IMG/VR virus record: IMGVR_UViG_3300024229_000651
Strand: one strand, 5' to 3'
DNA: 64,000 nt
Origin: a virus
Lineage: Duplodnaviria; Caudoviricetes
Made by a program: the position numbers and the translations under genes. The notes beneath the pieces were generated by a model. That model searched no databases. It saw only the letters and a program-made list of their open reading frames with translations, and was not told the origin of the DNA. Shown here piece by piece: positions 28,425 through 38,869 of the stretch (position 1 is the stretch's first letter; each line of letters opens with the position of its first letter).

Positions 28425-30706
28425 ATTTTGCAACTCTCACAATCTTCATCATCAGTCTCACCCTGTGCAAGATCTGGTTTATCATCTTTATTAATATCAA
28501 TTTCGCCTTGGCCATCAAATGTATTGTTGTAATACAACTGCTTGCCGCCATACTTGTAAAACATCACAAGATGCTGTAGCAACATACTCATAGGAACTTT
28601 TTCATCTTCAAAATGTTCTGGGTTATAACTAGTATTCACACTAATACCCTGATCTATAAACTTTTGCAACACTGCCATGATCTTTAGATATCCTTCTGGA
28701 CTCTTCTGATCCCATAGCAGATCATATTTATTCTTGAGCCTAGGATAGCCCGGTACTACTTGTTTTAGTACGCCGTGCTTACTCTGTTTAACGCTAACGA
28801 AACTACGGGGAGGCTCGATACCGTTCGTGCTATTACTTATCTGCGCAGATGTTTCTGCAGGCATTAATGCCATCAACGTACTATTACGGATACCAGTTTG
28901 CTTCAACTGTTCACGCAAAGAATCCCAATCCTTTTTGTAAACAGGCTTTACTAATTCGTCAACATCCGATTTGTAAGTGTCGATTGGTAATATGCCTGCA
29001 TTATATTTTGTTTCATTTGCAGACAAACATTCCCCTTTCTCTTGTGCTAAATCTGCACTGGATTTAATTAGGTAATAACTCCATGCTTCCGTCCACTCAT
29101 GTATTAACTCCAAGTTTGGATCTTGATACGTAGAGTCGTTTTTAGCTAGCCAATATGCAAAATTAATTATGCCTACGCCTAACGGCCTTCTTTTCATTGT
29201 TGCATGATATGCAGCCAGAACAGGATAGCTTTGATAATCTAACAGTGCATCCAATCCTCGTACAGCCAAATCACATGGTTTAGCAAAGTCTTCCGGCTTT
29301 TTAATCGCACCCCAATTGATTGCAGTAAGTGTGCATAATGCTATCTCGCCATCCTCGTCCATAATATGTTCTAGAGGTTTAGTAGGTAAATCAATTTCGC
29401 AACACAAGTTGCTTTGTCTAATAGGGGCAACGTCTGCTATAAATGAACCGTGATCGTTTGCGTGATCTACGTTCATTAAGTATACTCGTCCAGTATCTTT
29501 GCGTTCTTGCACAAATTGACTAAAAAGATCTACTGCTTTGATCGTCTTCTTACGCAGTCGTGTATTACGTTCTGCTGTTTCATACAGTTCTTTAAACTTG
29601 TCTTGGTCTGCATAAAATGCATGATATAAACCTGGGACGTCTTGTGGGGAGAACAATGTAATGTCGCCGCCAGTTAATAGTCTTTCATACATTAACTTGT
29701 TGAATTGTACACCATAGTCCATATGGCGCACTCTATTATCTTCGGTACCTTTGTTGTTCTTTAACACCAACATGTCTTCTATTTCTAAATGCCAAATAGG
29801 ATAGTATAGCGTTGCTGCTCCGCCCCTTACACCACCTTGACTGCAACTCTTTACAGCAGCCTGAAACAACTTATAGAAAGGTATAACACCTGTATGTGTT
29901 GCGTCACCACTCCTTATAGGACTACCAATAGCACGAATATTTCCGGCGCCGATGCCGATGCCTGCTTTTTGACTGACATACTTGACAACTGCACTACTAG
30001 TAGCATTAATGCTATCCAGACTATCGTCTGTTTCAATTAATACACAACTGCTGAACTGTCTCTGTGGTGTCCTAACTCCAGCCATAACAGGAGTAGGCAA
30101 ACTAATTTTGAAATTACTAATAGCATCATAATAATCTTTTACGTATCGCATTCTTGTTTCAGTAGGATACTTATGAAAAAGTGTTGCTGAGATCATTATG
30201 TATGCAACTTGTGGTGTTTCAAATATTTCACCGGTTGCCCTGTTTTGTACCAAGTACTTCCCACGGAATTGTTCCATAGCCGCATATGTTAAGTTGCTGT
30301 CTCGGCTGTGGTCTATGAACGACTGTAGTTGATCTATCTCTTCTTTGGTATAATACTCTAAAAACTTTTCATCGTAAAAGCCTTTTTCGATATTTTCTTC
30401 AACAATATCACATAAGCAGGGAGGAGTAAAAGATCCGTAAACTTGCTTTCTTAGATGGTAATTAATTAATCTTCCAGCTACGTACTGGTAATGTGGGGTT
30501 TCTTCGCTAATTAAGTCTGCTGCGCTTTTGATTAATGTCTCTTGAATAGTCTCAGACTTAATTTTGTCATAGAATTGGAGTCGACTGTTGATTTCTACTT
30601 GACTAATACTTACTCCGGGTAAACTATCACATGCATAAGAAACAACACGGTGAAGTTTGTCTATATCTATATCCTCAACTGTACCGTCTCTTTTTAACAC
30701 TTGCAT
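28421..30706 (-). CDS. nrdA: Ribonucleotide reductase class Ia alpha subunit with ATP cone
   Basis: VLKRDG, SSCVLI, SNLCCEI, ALCTL, PAETSA, YYNNT. Confidence 0.98.
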   Translation of the reverse strand: MQVLKRDGTVEDIDIDKLHRVVSYACDSLPGVSISQVEINSRLQFYDKIKSETIQETLIKSAADLISEETPHYQYVAGRLINYHLRKQVYGSFTPPCLCDIVEENIEKGFYDEKFLEYYTKEEIDQLQSFIDHSRDSNLTYAAMEQFRGKYLVQNRATGEIFETPQVAYIMISATLFHKYPTETRMRYVKDYYDAISNFKISLPTPVMAGVRTPQRQFSSCVLIETDDSLDSINATSSAVVKYVSQKAGIGIGAGNIRAIGSPIRSGDATHTGVIPFYKLFQAAVKSCSQGGVRGGAATLYYPIWHLEIEDMLVLKNNKGTEDNRVRHMDYGVQFNKLMYERLLTGGDITLFSPQDVPGLYHAFYADQDKFKELYETAERNTRLRKKTIKAVDLFSQFVQERKDTGRVYLMNVDHANDHGSFIADVAPIRQSNLCCEIDLPTKPLEHIMDEDGEIALCTLTAINWGAIKKPEDFAKPCDLAVRGLDALLDYQSYPVLAAYHATMKRRPLGVGIINFAYWLAKNDSTYQDPNLELIHEWTEAWSYYLIKSSADLAQEKGECLSANETKYNAGILPIDTYKSDVDELVKPVYKKDWDSLREQLKQTGIRNSTLMALMPAETSAQISNSTNGIEPPRSFVSVKQSKHGVLKQVVPGYPRLKNKYDLLWDQKSPEGYLKIMAVLQKFIDQGISVNTSYNPEHFEDEKVPMSMLLQHLVMFYKYGGKQLYYNNTFDGQGEIDINKDDKPDLAQGETDDEDCESCKI

Positions 30707-30746
30707 ACATTGTTTCCTGTTTGTTTGTTTGTAAATTTACCTGTAG

Positions 30747-30775
30747 AGTATAACGGGTTTTGCTCTCGAAGTCAA
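30747..30775 (-). promoter_or_regulatory. Sigma70-like promoter for nrdAB
   Basis: TTGACT-17-TATACT. Confidence 0.75.
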
Positions 30776-30776
30776 C

Positions 30777-31232
30777 TTAAATATTTAGCAATTTTATATG
30801 TCCTAACCGCCGAAGTTCGATGCACATATCACCCACTTTAGATATGTGAACTTTTTTTCCTGGGCTTAAATTATACATATGGTCATCATACACAAATACG
30901 GCGCCGTCGTATCCTGTGATATGATTACTTATCACTTTCCACTCCACCAGTTCAGTATCTATATAACCTAGGCTTTCTAACGTGTGATATAGTAGTACAG
31001 AAATTCCAGTAGTGCAAAAGAAACCGTTTTCTACGATGTCGAACGGATTATACCAACTTTCAGGTGTATAGTAGTCTAAATACCTTGCTAGTACTTTTAT
31101 GTTGGCGAATGATTCAAGAACGGCTTGTTCGCTGGTTGAATCATTGCGGACGGCTCGCCATTGTTGTAGCCTTATTTCTAAGTCTGTGTGTTTTTCAAAC
31201 ATTACATAATGTCTAGTTATTGTGATTTCCAC
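30777..31232 (-). CDS. Hypothetical protein
   Basis: ORF after the structural gene; true start may be 31202 (MFEK). Confidence 0.6.
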   Translation of the reverse strand: MEITITRHYVMFEKHTDLEIRLQQWRAVRNDSTSEQAVLESFANIKVLARYLDYYTPESWYNPFDIVENGFFCTTGISVLLYHTLESLGYIDTELVEWKVISNHITGYDGAVFVYDDHMYNLSPGKKVHISKVGDMCIELRRLGHIKLLNI

Positions 31233-33922
31233 TTACGGACAACATATTTCATAATTACGTTGCTAGTAGTGGGAGATAAACTGTTGTTTGCAGTTATCGA
31301 AACAATATCTGAATTTATGGCAGCACTAAACGTTAGATTGCCGGTGAAATAATCATCTGTAGCTTCGGAACTAATATCTTGTAAAATTACTGCGCCTGAT
31401 GGTTCACCGTTAGCATCTTGTAATGCACTTGGATTTCCGTGGTATACTATTGTGCCAGCTCTATTATAATAACGTCTTATAGACGAATTGCTTGAGTCAG
31501 CCGCTTCTCCCACAACACTATAATCGATAAACATTGTGTCATACGAGTTTGTATCTGTGCCTAGGTCAGTTAATTGCACATTTGTGTTTGAACCAATAGA
31601 TAATTGTAGAGGCTGTGAATAAACTGTTTCTGCTTGTCCGGATTCTAGTGCTGATGTTGTCAACAGTTCAATATTTGTTTTAAGATTAATTAGTCCTCTT
31701 TTATCAGGATCATTACTTCTAAAATATAACTTGTTAACTATTGTGGCAAAGTTGCCTGCTTCATCATTTGAATCGAACTTAATTTCAGCAGTAGTAGGAT
31801 CTAAATCTACAAACCAAGAATTAAATCCGTTTATAACAGTATTATCGCTAGTGTATAAATCATTACAGAAAATGTCGGAAATAACATTAACCTTTTCGTC
31901 CTGGGTGAATCGATACAGCCAGTTTTCTAATTTAGATTTAACAGTATCGTCAGATCTAGTATATCGTCTAGGTGTGATGCCAATTTCTTGCCAAGAAGAA
32001 AATCCGTCAGTAGGATCATCGAAAAGTAAGTACTGACGTCTGTCGTCGCTTTGTAAATAAATCTCATCGTTAACATCCGGTTTCAAACTTGCCTTTAGCC
32101 AAATGTTCTTACCGTTAATAGTAGATAACACTCCGTTAAGTGTACTTGATGCAATATTTAAATGGTATGCTTCACTTACAGTGAGCCGATCATCTGCAGA
32201 TATGTTGCTAAGAACAGGATACCAATTGCCCGTAATCTCACTAGTGACATCAGAAGATGTAGGAATATAAAATGCATTTGTGCTTTCGTTGAACGGTTGT
32301 GGAGTAATTTGTGAGCCTGCTGTGTGGCTTCCAATAGCCTGATCTGAAACTATAGCAATATTTGCTACGGGCAACGAATGACTGTTTGAAACCAATTGCA
32401 CAACCTCTCCGTTAGAAGTTCCATAGTTAACAAACGAAATTGTGGAATTTGTTTCTGCTGTAGAAAATATTTGTTGGCCTAGCCCGCTTAGTGTGGTGCC
32501 GTCAGCTGGAAGACAAATAATATTACCGCCTACTAGCCTATCTACAGTAAATACTTCGTTGTGAAGTGTTTGATTATTTGCATCAGCATCAATAACAAAC
32601 AGTTTATCACCTTCTTCAATACCTGATAAATTTGCTCCAACAAATGTAACTAAGTTTGCTGTTTCTGAAACGTTTGCATTACTGACAGCTCTAACAGTCG
32701 TAAATGCATTTCCAGGAATACTAGTAGTAAACGATGTACCTGAAGAGTTTGCTAACACCGGTAATAGTCTACGGTGCAAGTAATTTCTTTCTGCAAATCC
32801 GCCTGCTCCGCCAGCGACTATGCCGCCGTTCTCGCCTTCTAAGTAAACATACCCGTTACTGCCAGTATCAGAACTTTCTGATTGTGTTAGTATTAAGTTT
32901 TGACTGATTGTTGAAAAAGATACAAAGTTTATATCCGTGTTACTAGGATCAGTAAAATCTTGTGTGGCTACTGCCGTAACATTACCTACACCAGAATATA
33001 CACCATCTGCATCAAACAGCGCAGGATCAATAGGATCTTTTGACAATATAATATTACCAGTTGTCAAACTAGATGTATCAAGTACACCTGTTCCTTCTGC
33101 AACAATATCGATATGCTTGGCTTCTAGCCCAATGTAACCGGTGCCAGTTTCTGCATTTATTAATACTAAGTCGTTATCAATCTCTCTGTATTTTGGTATA
33201 CTCGCATTGGCATAAAATCCTGTAAGCTGGGCGCCTGAAGCAATTACAGCATTACTTAAAATATTATGTACGTGGGTATTACTATAATACGTAACTGCTA
33301 CATCTGATGAGTTCACCGGTGATGCTTTTAAATTTAGAACATGGTCATCTGTTCCAGTGGAACCTGAAATAAAGTTATAGTCAAATGCTGCATTAACGAC
33401 CACACTAGAACTTGTTTTGTCACCTTCTTGTTTGATACCGTCAACTACGACAGTGATATCTTCTGCGTTAAAAGGTCTACCTGTTTGTGCACTAGTAATA
33501 AAACTATTACTCGAGACAACATCATCGAATACAGCTCTAGAAACGGCATTACCTGTGCCGTCTATAACGCCTGCATTAGCAGTAATATCTGTGTTTGCAT
33601 ACCAGGATTTAGTTTTGCTGACACCGTCAAAAGAATTAGATCCCCTTGGCCATCTGATATGCGGTACAGTGAATTTGATTATTTGTGTATTTGCTATGCT
33701 AAGAGCTCTAGCAGATGCACCGAGTGTATTTTCTAAATATACAGTTTTGTTATTTACACTAGCTCGTGTATTTTCTGTGTCTGCGCCTATATATACTTGC
33801 TGACTATCTACTGCAAAACCAATTTCTCCAGGACGTAACGGCTGAGGAAGGTCCTGTTTTAGGCCTCGCCGTTGCTGGATTCTACTGATTATAACTTTTA
33901 AATTTCCGTCGTCTTGCGCCAC
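31217..33922 (-). CDS. Large virion structural protein (tail or baseplate associated)
   Basis: N-terminal SRIQQRRG...LRPGEIGFAVD...VYIG motif typical of fibre/baseplate proteins; S/T/N-rich beta content; GTG start with TGGAG RBS. Confidence 0.7.
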   Translation of the reverse strand: MAQDDGNLKVIISRIQQRRGLKQDLPQPLRPGEIGFAVDSQQVYIGADTENTRASVNNKTVYLENTLGASARALSIANTQIIKFTVPHIRWPRGSNSFDGVSKTKSWYANTDITANAGVIDGTGNAVSRAVFDDVVSSNSFITSAQTGRPFNAEDITVVVDGIKQEGDKTSSSVVVNAAFDYNFISGSTGTDDHVLNLKASPVNSSDVAVTYYSNTHVHNILSNAVIASGAQLTGFYANASIPKYREIDNDLVLINAETGTGYIGLEAKHIDIVAEGTGVLDTSSLTTGNIILSKDPIDPALFDADGVYSGVGNVTAVATQDFTDPSNTDINFVSFSTISQNLILTQSESSDTGSNGYVYLEGENGGIVAGGAGGFAERNYLHRRLLPVLANSSGTSFTTSIPGNAFTTVRAVSNANVSETANLVTFVGANLSGIEEGDKLFVIDADANNQTLHNEVFTVDRLVGGNIICLPADGTTLSGLGQQIFSTAETNSTISFVNYGTSNGEVVQLVSNSHSLPVANIAIVSDQAIGSHTAGSQITPQPFNESTNAFYIPTSSDVTSEITGNWYPVLSNISADDRLTVSEAYHLNIASSTLNGVLSTINGKNIWLKASLKPDVNDEIYLQSDDRRQYLLFDDPTDGFSSWQEIGITPRRYTRSDDTVKSKLENWLYRFTQDEKVNVISDIFCNDLYTSDNTVINGFNSWFVDLDPTTAEIKFDSNDEAGNFATIVNKLYFRSNDPDKRGLINLKTNIELLTTSALESGQAETVYSQPLQLSIGSNTNVQLTDLGTDTNSYDTMFIDYSVVGEAADSSNSSIRRYYNRAGTIVYHGNPSALQDANGEPSGAVILQDISSEATDDYFTGNLTFSAAINSDIVSITANNSLSPTTSNVIMKYVVRKWKSQ

Positions 33923-33956
33923 TGTGTAAACTCCAAAGATGATATTGTTCTATATG

Positions 33957-33963
33957 TATTTAT
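33957..33963 (-). promoter_or_regulatory. Late-type promoter ATAAATA
   Basis: Upstream of the structural gene at 33922. Confidence 0.65.
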
Positions 33964-33983
33964 CACTTTGCACAGTATTGTGT

Positions 33984-35036
33984 TTAGAGTTTACATAGAG
34001 ATTTGCCAGATCTGGCTCCTTCTGTGTCTGTGAAATGTTCCACAAACTGCCTAGGTATCTTATCTAACCCCTCATATATAGTTTCCAGTTGTACTATTTG
34101 ATCTCCGTACTCATTGTAAAACTCGTACATTTTATCAACACTATCTAAGACTTTTAGCGCACCATTAATAACAATGTCTTTATAAATCAGTGCTTGAATA
34201 TTTGGACCTGGTTGCGGAAGCGTTGCATTGTAGTGCTTCATACAACCACAATAGCACATAATACTATCCATAGACATGTGTCCTATTGCAGACACAAAGT
34301 AGTCATTTCCGACATTTTCAAGGTACTTATCTATCGATATGTGATTAATAACGTTAGAAACTTCTTCCCGCATTTTATCTAAACTAGAATTCCTTTCTAC
34401 AACAATTGGTGTTACACCTACTGTTCTAAGCCACTCTGCTTTTTCCTCTGTGGAAGTAATACCGTATACTGTTGCCCCTAACAACTTTGCAATCTGTACA
34501 GCAATGTGGCCTACGCCGCCTGTAGCGCCGCTGACTAGTACAGTGTCGCCTGGTTGTACAGCTAATTGAGTCGCTATTGCATGGAATGCTGTTCTGCCTA
34601 CTAGCCCTTCTCTGACCATTGCCCGTGTGTACATGTCGTCAGTAGTTTCGCCGTCCCTGAGCTCAATTCCGTAAACTGCTCCTGGGACTGACAAATTTTC
34701 TTCGGTGATGCAACTTACTGTTTTCCATCCCGACATATGTACTACATAGTCTCCTACAGCGTAATCCGGGTTGTTGGATGCTATTACCTGGCCTGAAGCA
34801 AACACGCCTTTAACAGGTTTTTTAGGTTCTATATTTGGAAAATTAGCAGGTGTGTATCTTTTCGACAGCATCCTAGGGCGCATATAAGGATCGGTACTAA
34901 TATATGCATTCCTTACAAGAAATTCATTTTCTTGCAGATCATCTAGGTCAATCGATAAATTTTCTACTTTTAAAACATCGTCGGTGATCATACCGGAAGG
35001 GTAATAATCCATTACTACTTCGTACTCTTCTAACAT
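33984..35036 (-). CDS. NADP-dependent oxidoreductase (MDR, prostaglandin reductase/CurA-like)
   Basis: ISTDPYMRPRM, GDTVLVSGATGGVG, QIAKLLG, YLENVG. Confidence 0.85.
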   Translation of the reverse strand: MLEEYEVVMDYYPSGMITDDVLKVENLSIDLDDLQENEFLVRNAYISTDPYMRPRMLSKRYTPANFPNIEPKKPVKGVFASGQVIASNNPDYAVGDYVVHMSGWKTVSCITEENLSVPGAVYGIELRDGETTDDMYTRAMVREGLVGRTAFHAIATQLAVQPGDTVLVSGATGGVGHIAVQIAKLLGATVYGITSTEEKAEWLRTVGVTPIVVERNSSLDKMREEVSNVINHISIDKYLENVGNDYFVSAIGHMSMDSIMCYCGCMKHYNATLPQPGPNIQALIYKDIVINGALKVLDSVDKMYEFYNEYGDQIVQLETIYEGLDKIPRQFVEHFTDTEGARSGKSLCKL

Positions 35037-35698
35037 TTTCTGTAATACTCCTCAATTCTGTTAGCCCATAACTGACAATACATGTCAAACCTTGCTCCTT
35101 CAATTACAAATTCTTTAAATTTGAAGTCCCTACTCACCATGAGAATGACACCTTTTTTAATGTTTGTTCCGTACATTTCATTGTGTGCAAGAGCATAAGC
35201 ACAACACTGTATAAAATAGTCTTCGATCCATTCTTCTTTTTTAATCTTTTTAGATGTTTTGAAATCTATGATTGCTTCATCACCGTTATGGAGTCCAACA
35301 CAATCAGTTGTTCCTGCGTACAATTGAGGAGCTATCAATCCAATCTCTGTGCCCCAAACTTCGTCGACGTTTTTAAATCCTTCGTTAATAACTAGATCAG
35401 TCATTTGTTTTGCCATCACACTGACGTGGTTATTACCAAAAGAAACATCCTCTCCTAAGATATGTTTCTCTAATGCATTATGCACTTTAGTGCCGAGTCC
35501 AGCAGATTCTTTACTAACTCTATTAGCTTCGACATCACCTACACGTTTGCGCCAGGCAATAAGAGCAGTTTTATCTGATGTCTTATCCAGTATAGTAGTT
35601 ACACTTGGTACTGGTATGTTATCGTCACCGATATATCGTCTACCTTCTGCTGTAGTAACTCTTTCTAACTTTTTATACTGTATCTTTTCGTTTAACAT
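35030..35698 (-). CDS. PD-(D/E)XK exonuclease
   Basis: PSVTTIL, GTKVH, YAGTTDCV, IIDFKTS, QCCAYA; start at MLNEK after CAGGA. Confidence 0.85.
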   Translation of the reverse strand: MLNEKIQYKKLERVTTAEGRRYIGDDNIPVPSVTTILDKTSDKTALIAWRKRVGDVEANRVSKESAGLGTKVHNALEKHILGEDVSFGNNHVSVMAKQMTDLVINEGFKNVDEVWGTEIGLIAPQLYAGTTDCVGLHNGDEAIIDFKTSKKIKKEEWIEDYFIQCCAYALAHNEMYGTNIKKGVILMVSRDFKFKEFVIEGARFDMYCQLWANRIEEYYRKC

Positions 35699-36329
35699 TA
35701 AATAATCCTGCAAAATTTTTGTGTGTGTTTTCGCCGTAATGGACGCCATCTGCGCCTTTGTCTACTATTAAGTCTTTGTGCTCTTTTAAAAATCCGATAC
35801 TGCTGTAATTAAGAATTTGCAGTTCGATGCTATTGTTTTTACAAAAGTCCGATAAATGGCTAATTGACCTACTATTATAATACATTTTTGTTGCTGTGTC
35901 AATGTTTTTATAATCGTTAAAATGTTCGCTATATGGCATAAGTGCGTGTGACTTGCCGTCCTTGAAAATTACCAGTCGTTCACCGTGTGGGGCAAAAAAC
36001 ATTAATCTGCTGTATTGTTTTTCTTTATATATTGCAAAGGCAATATCTATCATATCAAAAACAGTTGCGCCTGGTACTCCGGCATTATAGGTGTTTTCAA
36101 AATATGTTGGCCATGGATTACTAACGCCTATTCCGAATGTATGACTACAACCAACTGCTAAATTAAAGCCGTCCGAAAACTCACTTAATTCTCGTTCTCT
36201 GTGCCAGTGTGTATTTAGAACGTACTCTATTTTTCCACTTGTGTCTGTAAAGAACTCGGTGTGGGGAGTATGTCGTTCGTATACAGTTGCACGAGCAACA
36301 ATGTTTTCCATTGTGTCGCTTATGTTCAT
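35673..36329 (-). CDS. SGNH-like protein
   Basis: AVGCSHTFG, NAGVPGA, ADGVHYG; CTAAATA 5 nt upstream. Confidence 0.6.
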   Translation of the reverse strand: MNISDTMENIVARATVYERHTPHTEFFTDTSGKIEYVLNTHWHRERELSEFSDGFNLAVGCSHTFGIGVSNPWPTYFENTYNAGVPGATVFDMIDIAFAIYKEKQYSRLMFFAPHGERLVIFKDGKSHALMPYSEHFNDYKNIDTATKMYYNSRSISHLSDFCKNNSIELQILNYSSIGFLKEHKDLIVDKGADGVHYGENTHKNFAGLFNVKRKDTV

Positions 36330-36347
36330 AATTTTATTTAGTAAGGA

Positions 36348-36695
36348 TTATTGTGGTAATTGGTCTTTTACGGAACTGAGTGCTTGGTCCCCGGCTAAGC
36401 CAGGAACATCAACTTCAGGCTCTTCAGGCTCTTCGCCGTCGAGCATATCGTTATCAATTTTACCTTTGGGAGTAATGGAATCTGCTGTAATACCGCTAAC
36501 AACATCCAATTTGTTCATAGCTGCAATAAGTTCTTCTACACTTAATAAAAACCCATCATCTGCTAAATCGTTTTTGAATTCTTGCGTAGGTATATCACTG
36601 ACATCTTCTCCAGCATACTTTGCAAGCCTGTCGCGGATTGCAACTTCTAGTTCGTCAAAAAATGACTCTAGTAAAAATACTTCCGCGATTCGCAT
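36348..36695 (-). CDS. Acidic hypothetical protein, probable head component
   Basis: MRIAEVFLLE leader; coupled to 36697. Confidence 0.6.
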   Translation of the reverse strand: MRIAEVFLLESFFDELEVAIRDRLAKYAGEDVSDIPTQEFKNDLADDGFLLSVEELIAAMNKLDVVSGITADSITPKGKIDNDMLDGEEPEEPEVDVPGLAGDQALSSVKDQLPQ

Positions 36696-36696
36696 T

Positions 36697-38010
36697 TTAA
36701 ATCTCTTCTACAGCGTCTACGTCAACTGGTGCTCTACCCATTGGCTCTTCTTCTGGACCTGCAGCTGCAGGAACATTGTCAACTGGTGCATCTAACTCAG
36801 GTTCAGCTAATCCAGCTTGCTGATCCATTCCAGCGCCTGCCATACTGCCTACGCCTGTTAGTGAACCTACCGTAGCATCAATTCCTTCCTTGCCCATTTT
36901 GTTAGCATCAAGTAATGCACCAAGTGATGCTTCCATACTAGACTTCATTTGTGCTGCTTGCTCTGCACCAAATTCAGCTGACATTTGATCTGCGATTGCA
37001 GGAATATCTTCGTTCATCATTCTGCCAATACGCTCGATGTGATCTTGTACGTCATCGGCTAACGCTCGTAGTGCCATTACAACTTCTGCTTGCTCAACTT
37101 CAACTTCTTCACTCAACATACTGCCTATAATGTCGTCGAACATGTTTTCGCTTTCTTCAACAGATTCTGTTTTGCTCATAGCATCTTTAACAGCATCTAC
37201 CGACATGTCAAGTTCTTGTGCAATTTCTTCAACGCTCTTACCATCATTCTTTAGCTTATGCATATATTGAATGCTGTCCAGCAAGTTTCTTTCTGCAATC
37301 TTTTTGCCAAACATCTGGATGCCGTTAACTAATGCTTCTTCGTCTAATCCATTTAAGAAACCAACTACAGCATCTCTGCTCTTGCCAGTTACTTCTGCAA
37401 ATGTATTAACTTTTTCTTCTATAGCGTTATAGCTTTCCATGCTGTTTAACTCTACACCACATTCTTTAGCAAGTTCGCTCAACAGATATTCTGTTAAATC
37501 AGTTTCGGGACTGACAAACTCTGCTAATGCTTCATCCATTACACTATCTTCAGACATGCTGCAAGATTCCATATAATCCTTAGTAGCTTTAAGCACTAGT
37601 GGCATAATAACTTGATCGTCGTATGCATATCTAGAATCTTTTCTAAATCTATTCATACATTCGGAACATGCTTCTTCATCAGTGTAGCCTCCGTCCATAA
37701 GCTCTTGAACAGTTTGCTTGACTTCATTGCACATGCTTTCGTATGCTGGGCTTTCTGCATACATGCCCTCACCTAGCATTACATCAATAACGTCTTTGAC
37801 TCCCAAGTACTTTGCATACTCTGGATCCAATTGGAAACGCTTATTAGTGTTTTTAATGCTAATTATTTTATTTTGTGCCTGCTCTCGCACTTTTTCTAGC
37901 TTGGCTTTTGGATGAAAGCCTTTTACAGAGATACCAAAATTTTCTTTTAGGTATTTGTTTAAATCGCTGACACGTTGTGCGGCAGGTTTGTTGAATGTAG
38001 TTAATTTCAT
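36697..38010 (-). CDS. Acidic helical protein, prohead core/scaffold-like candidate
   Basis: Very acidic, coiled, many xxE sites (YME, VEE, LSEE); late promoter at 38041-38047. Confidence 0.5.
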   Translation of the reverse strand: MKLTTFNKPAAQRVSDLNKYLKENFGISVKGFHPKAKLEKVREQAQNKIISIKNTNKRFQLDPEYAKYLGVKDVIDVMLGEGMYAESPAYESMCNEVKQTVQELMDGGYTDEEACSECMNRFRKDSRYAYDDQVIMPLVLKATKDYMESCSMSEDSVMDEALAEFVSPETDLTEYLLSELAKECGVELNSMESYNAIEEKVNTFAEVTGKSRDAVVGFLNGLDEEALVNGIQMFGKKIAERNLLDSIQYMHKLKNDGKSVEEIAQELDMSVDAVKDAMSKTESVEESENMFDDIIGSMLSEEVEVEQAEVVMALRALADDVQDHIERIGRMMNEDIPAIADQMSAEFGAEQAAQMKSSMEASLGALLDANKMGKEGIDATVGSLTGVGSMAGAGMDQQAGLAEPELDAPVDNVPAAAGPEEEPMGRAPVDVDAVEEI

Positions 38011-38040
38011 ATCTAGTCCCGAAGTAGATTATATTACAAC

Positions 38041-38047
38041 TATTTAT
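38041..38047 (-). promoter_or_regulatory. Late-type promoter ATAAATA
   Basis: Upstream of ATG 38010. Confidence 0.6.
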
Positions 38048-38066
38048 CAAAAAGATTAATTTTTTA

Positions 38067-38516
38067 TCAAGAAAAAATGTGCTTTAATTTTTTAACAAGA
38101 TGTCCCAGACGATGCGTAGAGAGATCGAGCCTAGTTTCTACAATAAAATAGCGCATTTCATCAGATGTTGTAGACATAGTATTTTTATAGAAAAATATAT
38201 CGTTATAATGCTTTTCTAATTCTGATCTATGTTTATGCAAATGTTTTTGTATGTGTGCAATTTTATTAATTACACGGTTTTTATCTGTTCTGTTTAAGCT
38301 GTTTGCACAAGTTTGTGCAAGCTCATGGATAATTATGTTCTTAATAATAGGCTTTTGAGTTTTAGCATCAACAATATCATACATGTCATACATGTTCTTT
38401 GCTGAAAAGAACATAGCCTTTCGAGCAACGTTATTCGATATTAACTCAAGTTGCTTAGATAACTTTTTCTTATCAATATTACGAGAATACTTTGTATTTG
38501 ACTTTGCCATTATCAT
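38067..38516 (-). CDS. Basic hypothetical protein
   Basis: 149-aa ORF in operon context. Confidence 0.6.
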   Translation of the reverse strand: MIMAKSNTKYSRNIDKKKLSKQLELISNNVARKAMFFSAKNMYDMYDIVDAKTQKPIIKNIIIHELAQTCANSLNRTDKNRVINKIAHIQKHLHKHRSELEKHYNDIFFYKNTMSTTSDEMRYFIVETRLDLSTHRLGHLVKKLKHIFS

Positions 38517-38682
38517 TTACCCTTATTAATACACCACTCATATATAAGTGATTTGCTTGATTATTGTCGCTCGGTGAAAGGTCACACAAATATATACCGC
38601 CTTCGTTCCGTATCTTGTCATATATCTGGAACCCTTTGCTGGACATTACAGTTTGTCCGTGTTTACCTGGTACTACTTTCAT
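38479..38682 (-). CDS. Small hypothetical protein
   Basis: 67 aa; GGTGTAG upstream. Confidence 0.55.
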   Translation of the reverse strand: MKVVPGKHGQTVMSSKGFQIYDKIRNEGGIYLCDLSPSDNNQANHLYMSGVLIRVNDNGKVKYKVFS

Positions 38683-38692
38683 ATCTACACCA

Positions 38693-38860
38693 CTACTTAA
38701 TAGATGATTGTACTTTTGGTCCAGGCTTTTTCTTAGGGCCGATCTTTTTAGGCTTCTTAGGTCGTTGCACTACTCTCTGTACATCGTTAGCAATGGACGG
38801 AATTGACGTTGCTACAGCGCCAGCTGTTATTGTTTCACCAATTATATCATGTATTTTCAT
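38693..38860 (-). CDS. 55-aa leader-tagged basic peptide (not in ORF track)
   Basis: MKIHDIIGETITAGAVATS...RPKKPKKIGPKKKPGPK; ATAAATA 6 nt upstream (38867-38873). Confidence 0.75.
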   Translation of the reverse strand: MKIHDIIGETITAGAVATSIPSIANDVQRVVQRPKKPKKIGPKKKPGPKVQSSIK

Positions 38861-38869
38861 ATGTACTAT

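Noticed and set aside
27339-30706. Introns or inteins in nrdAB, helicase or thyX
   Set aside because: Lengths are typical and no insertion or splicing motifs were seen
35030-35698. Cas4 or CRISPR adaptation gene
   Set aside because: The four Fe-S Cys residues and any cas context are missing; it fits a phage PD-(D/E)XK exonuclease
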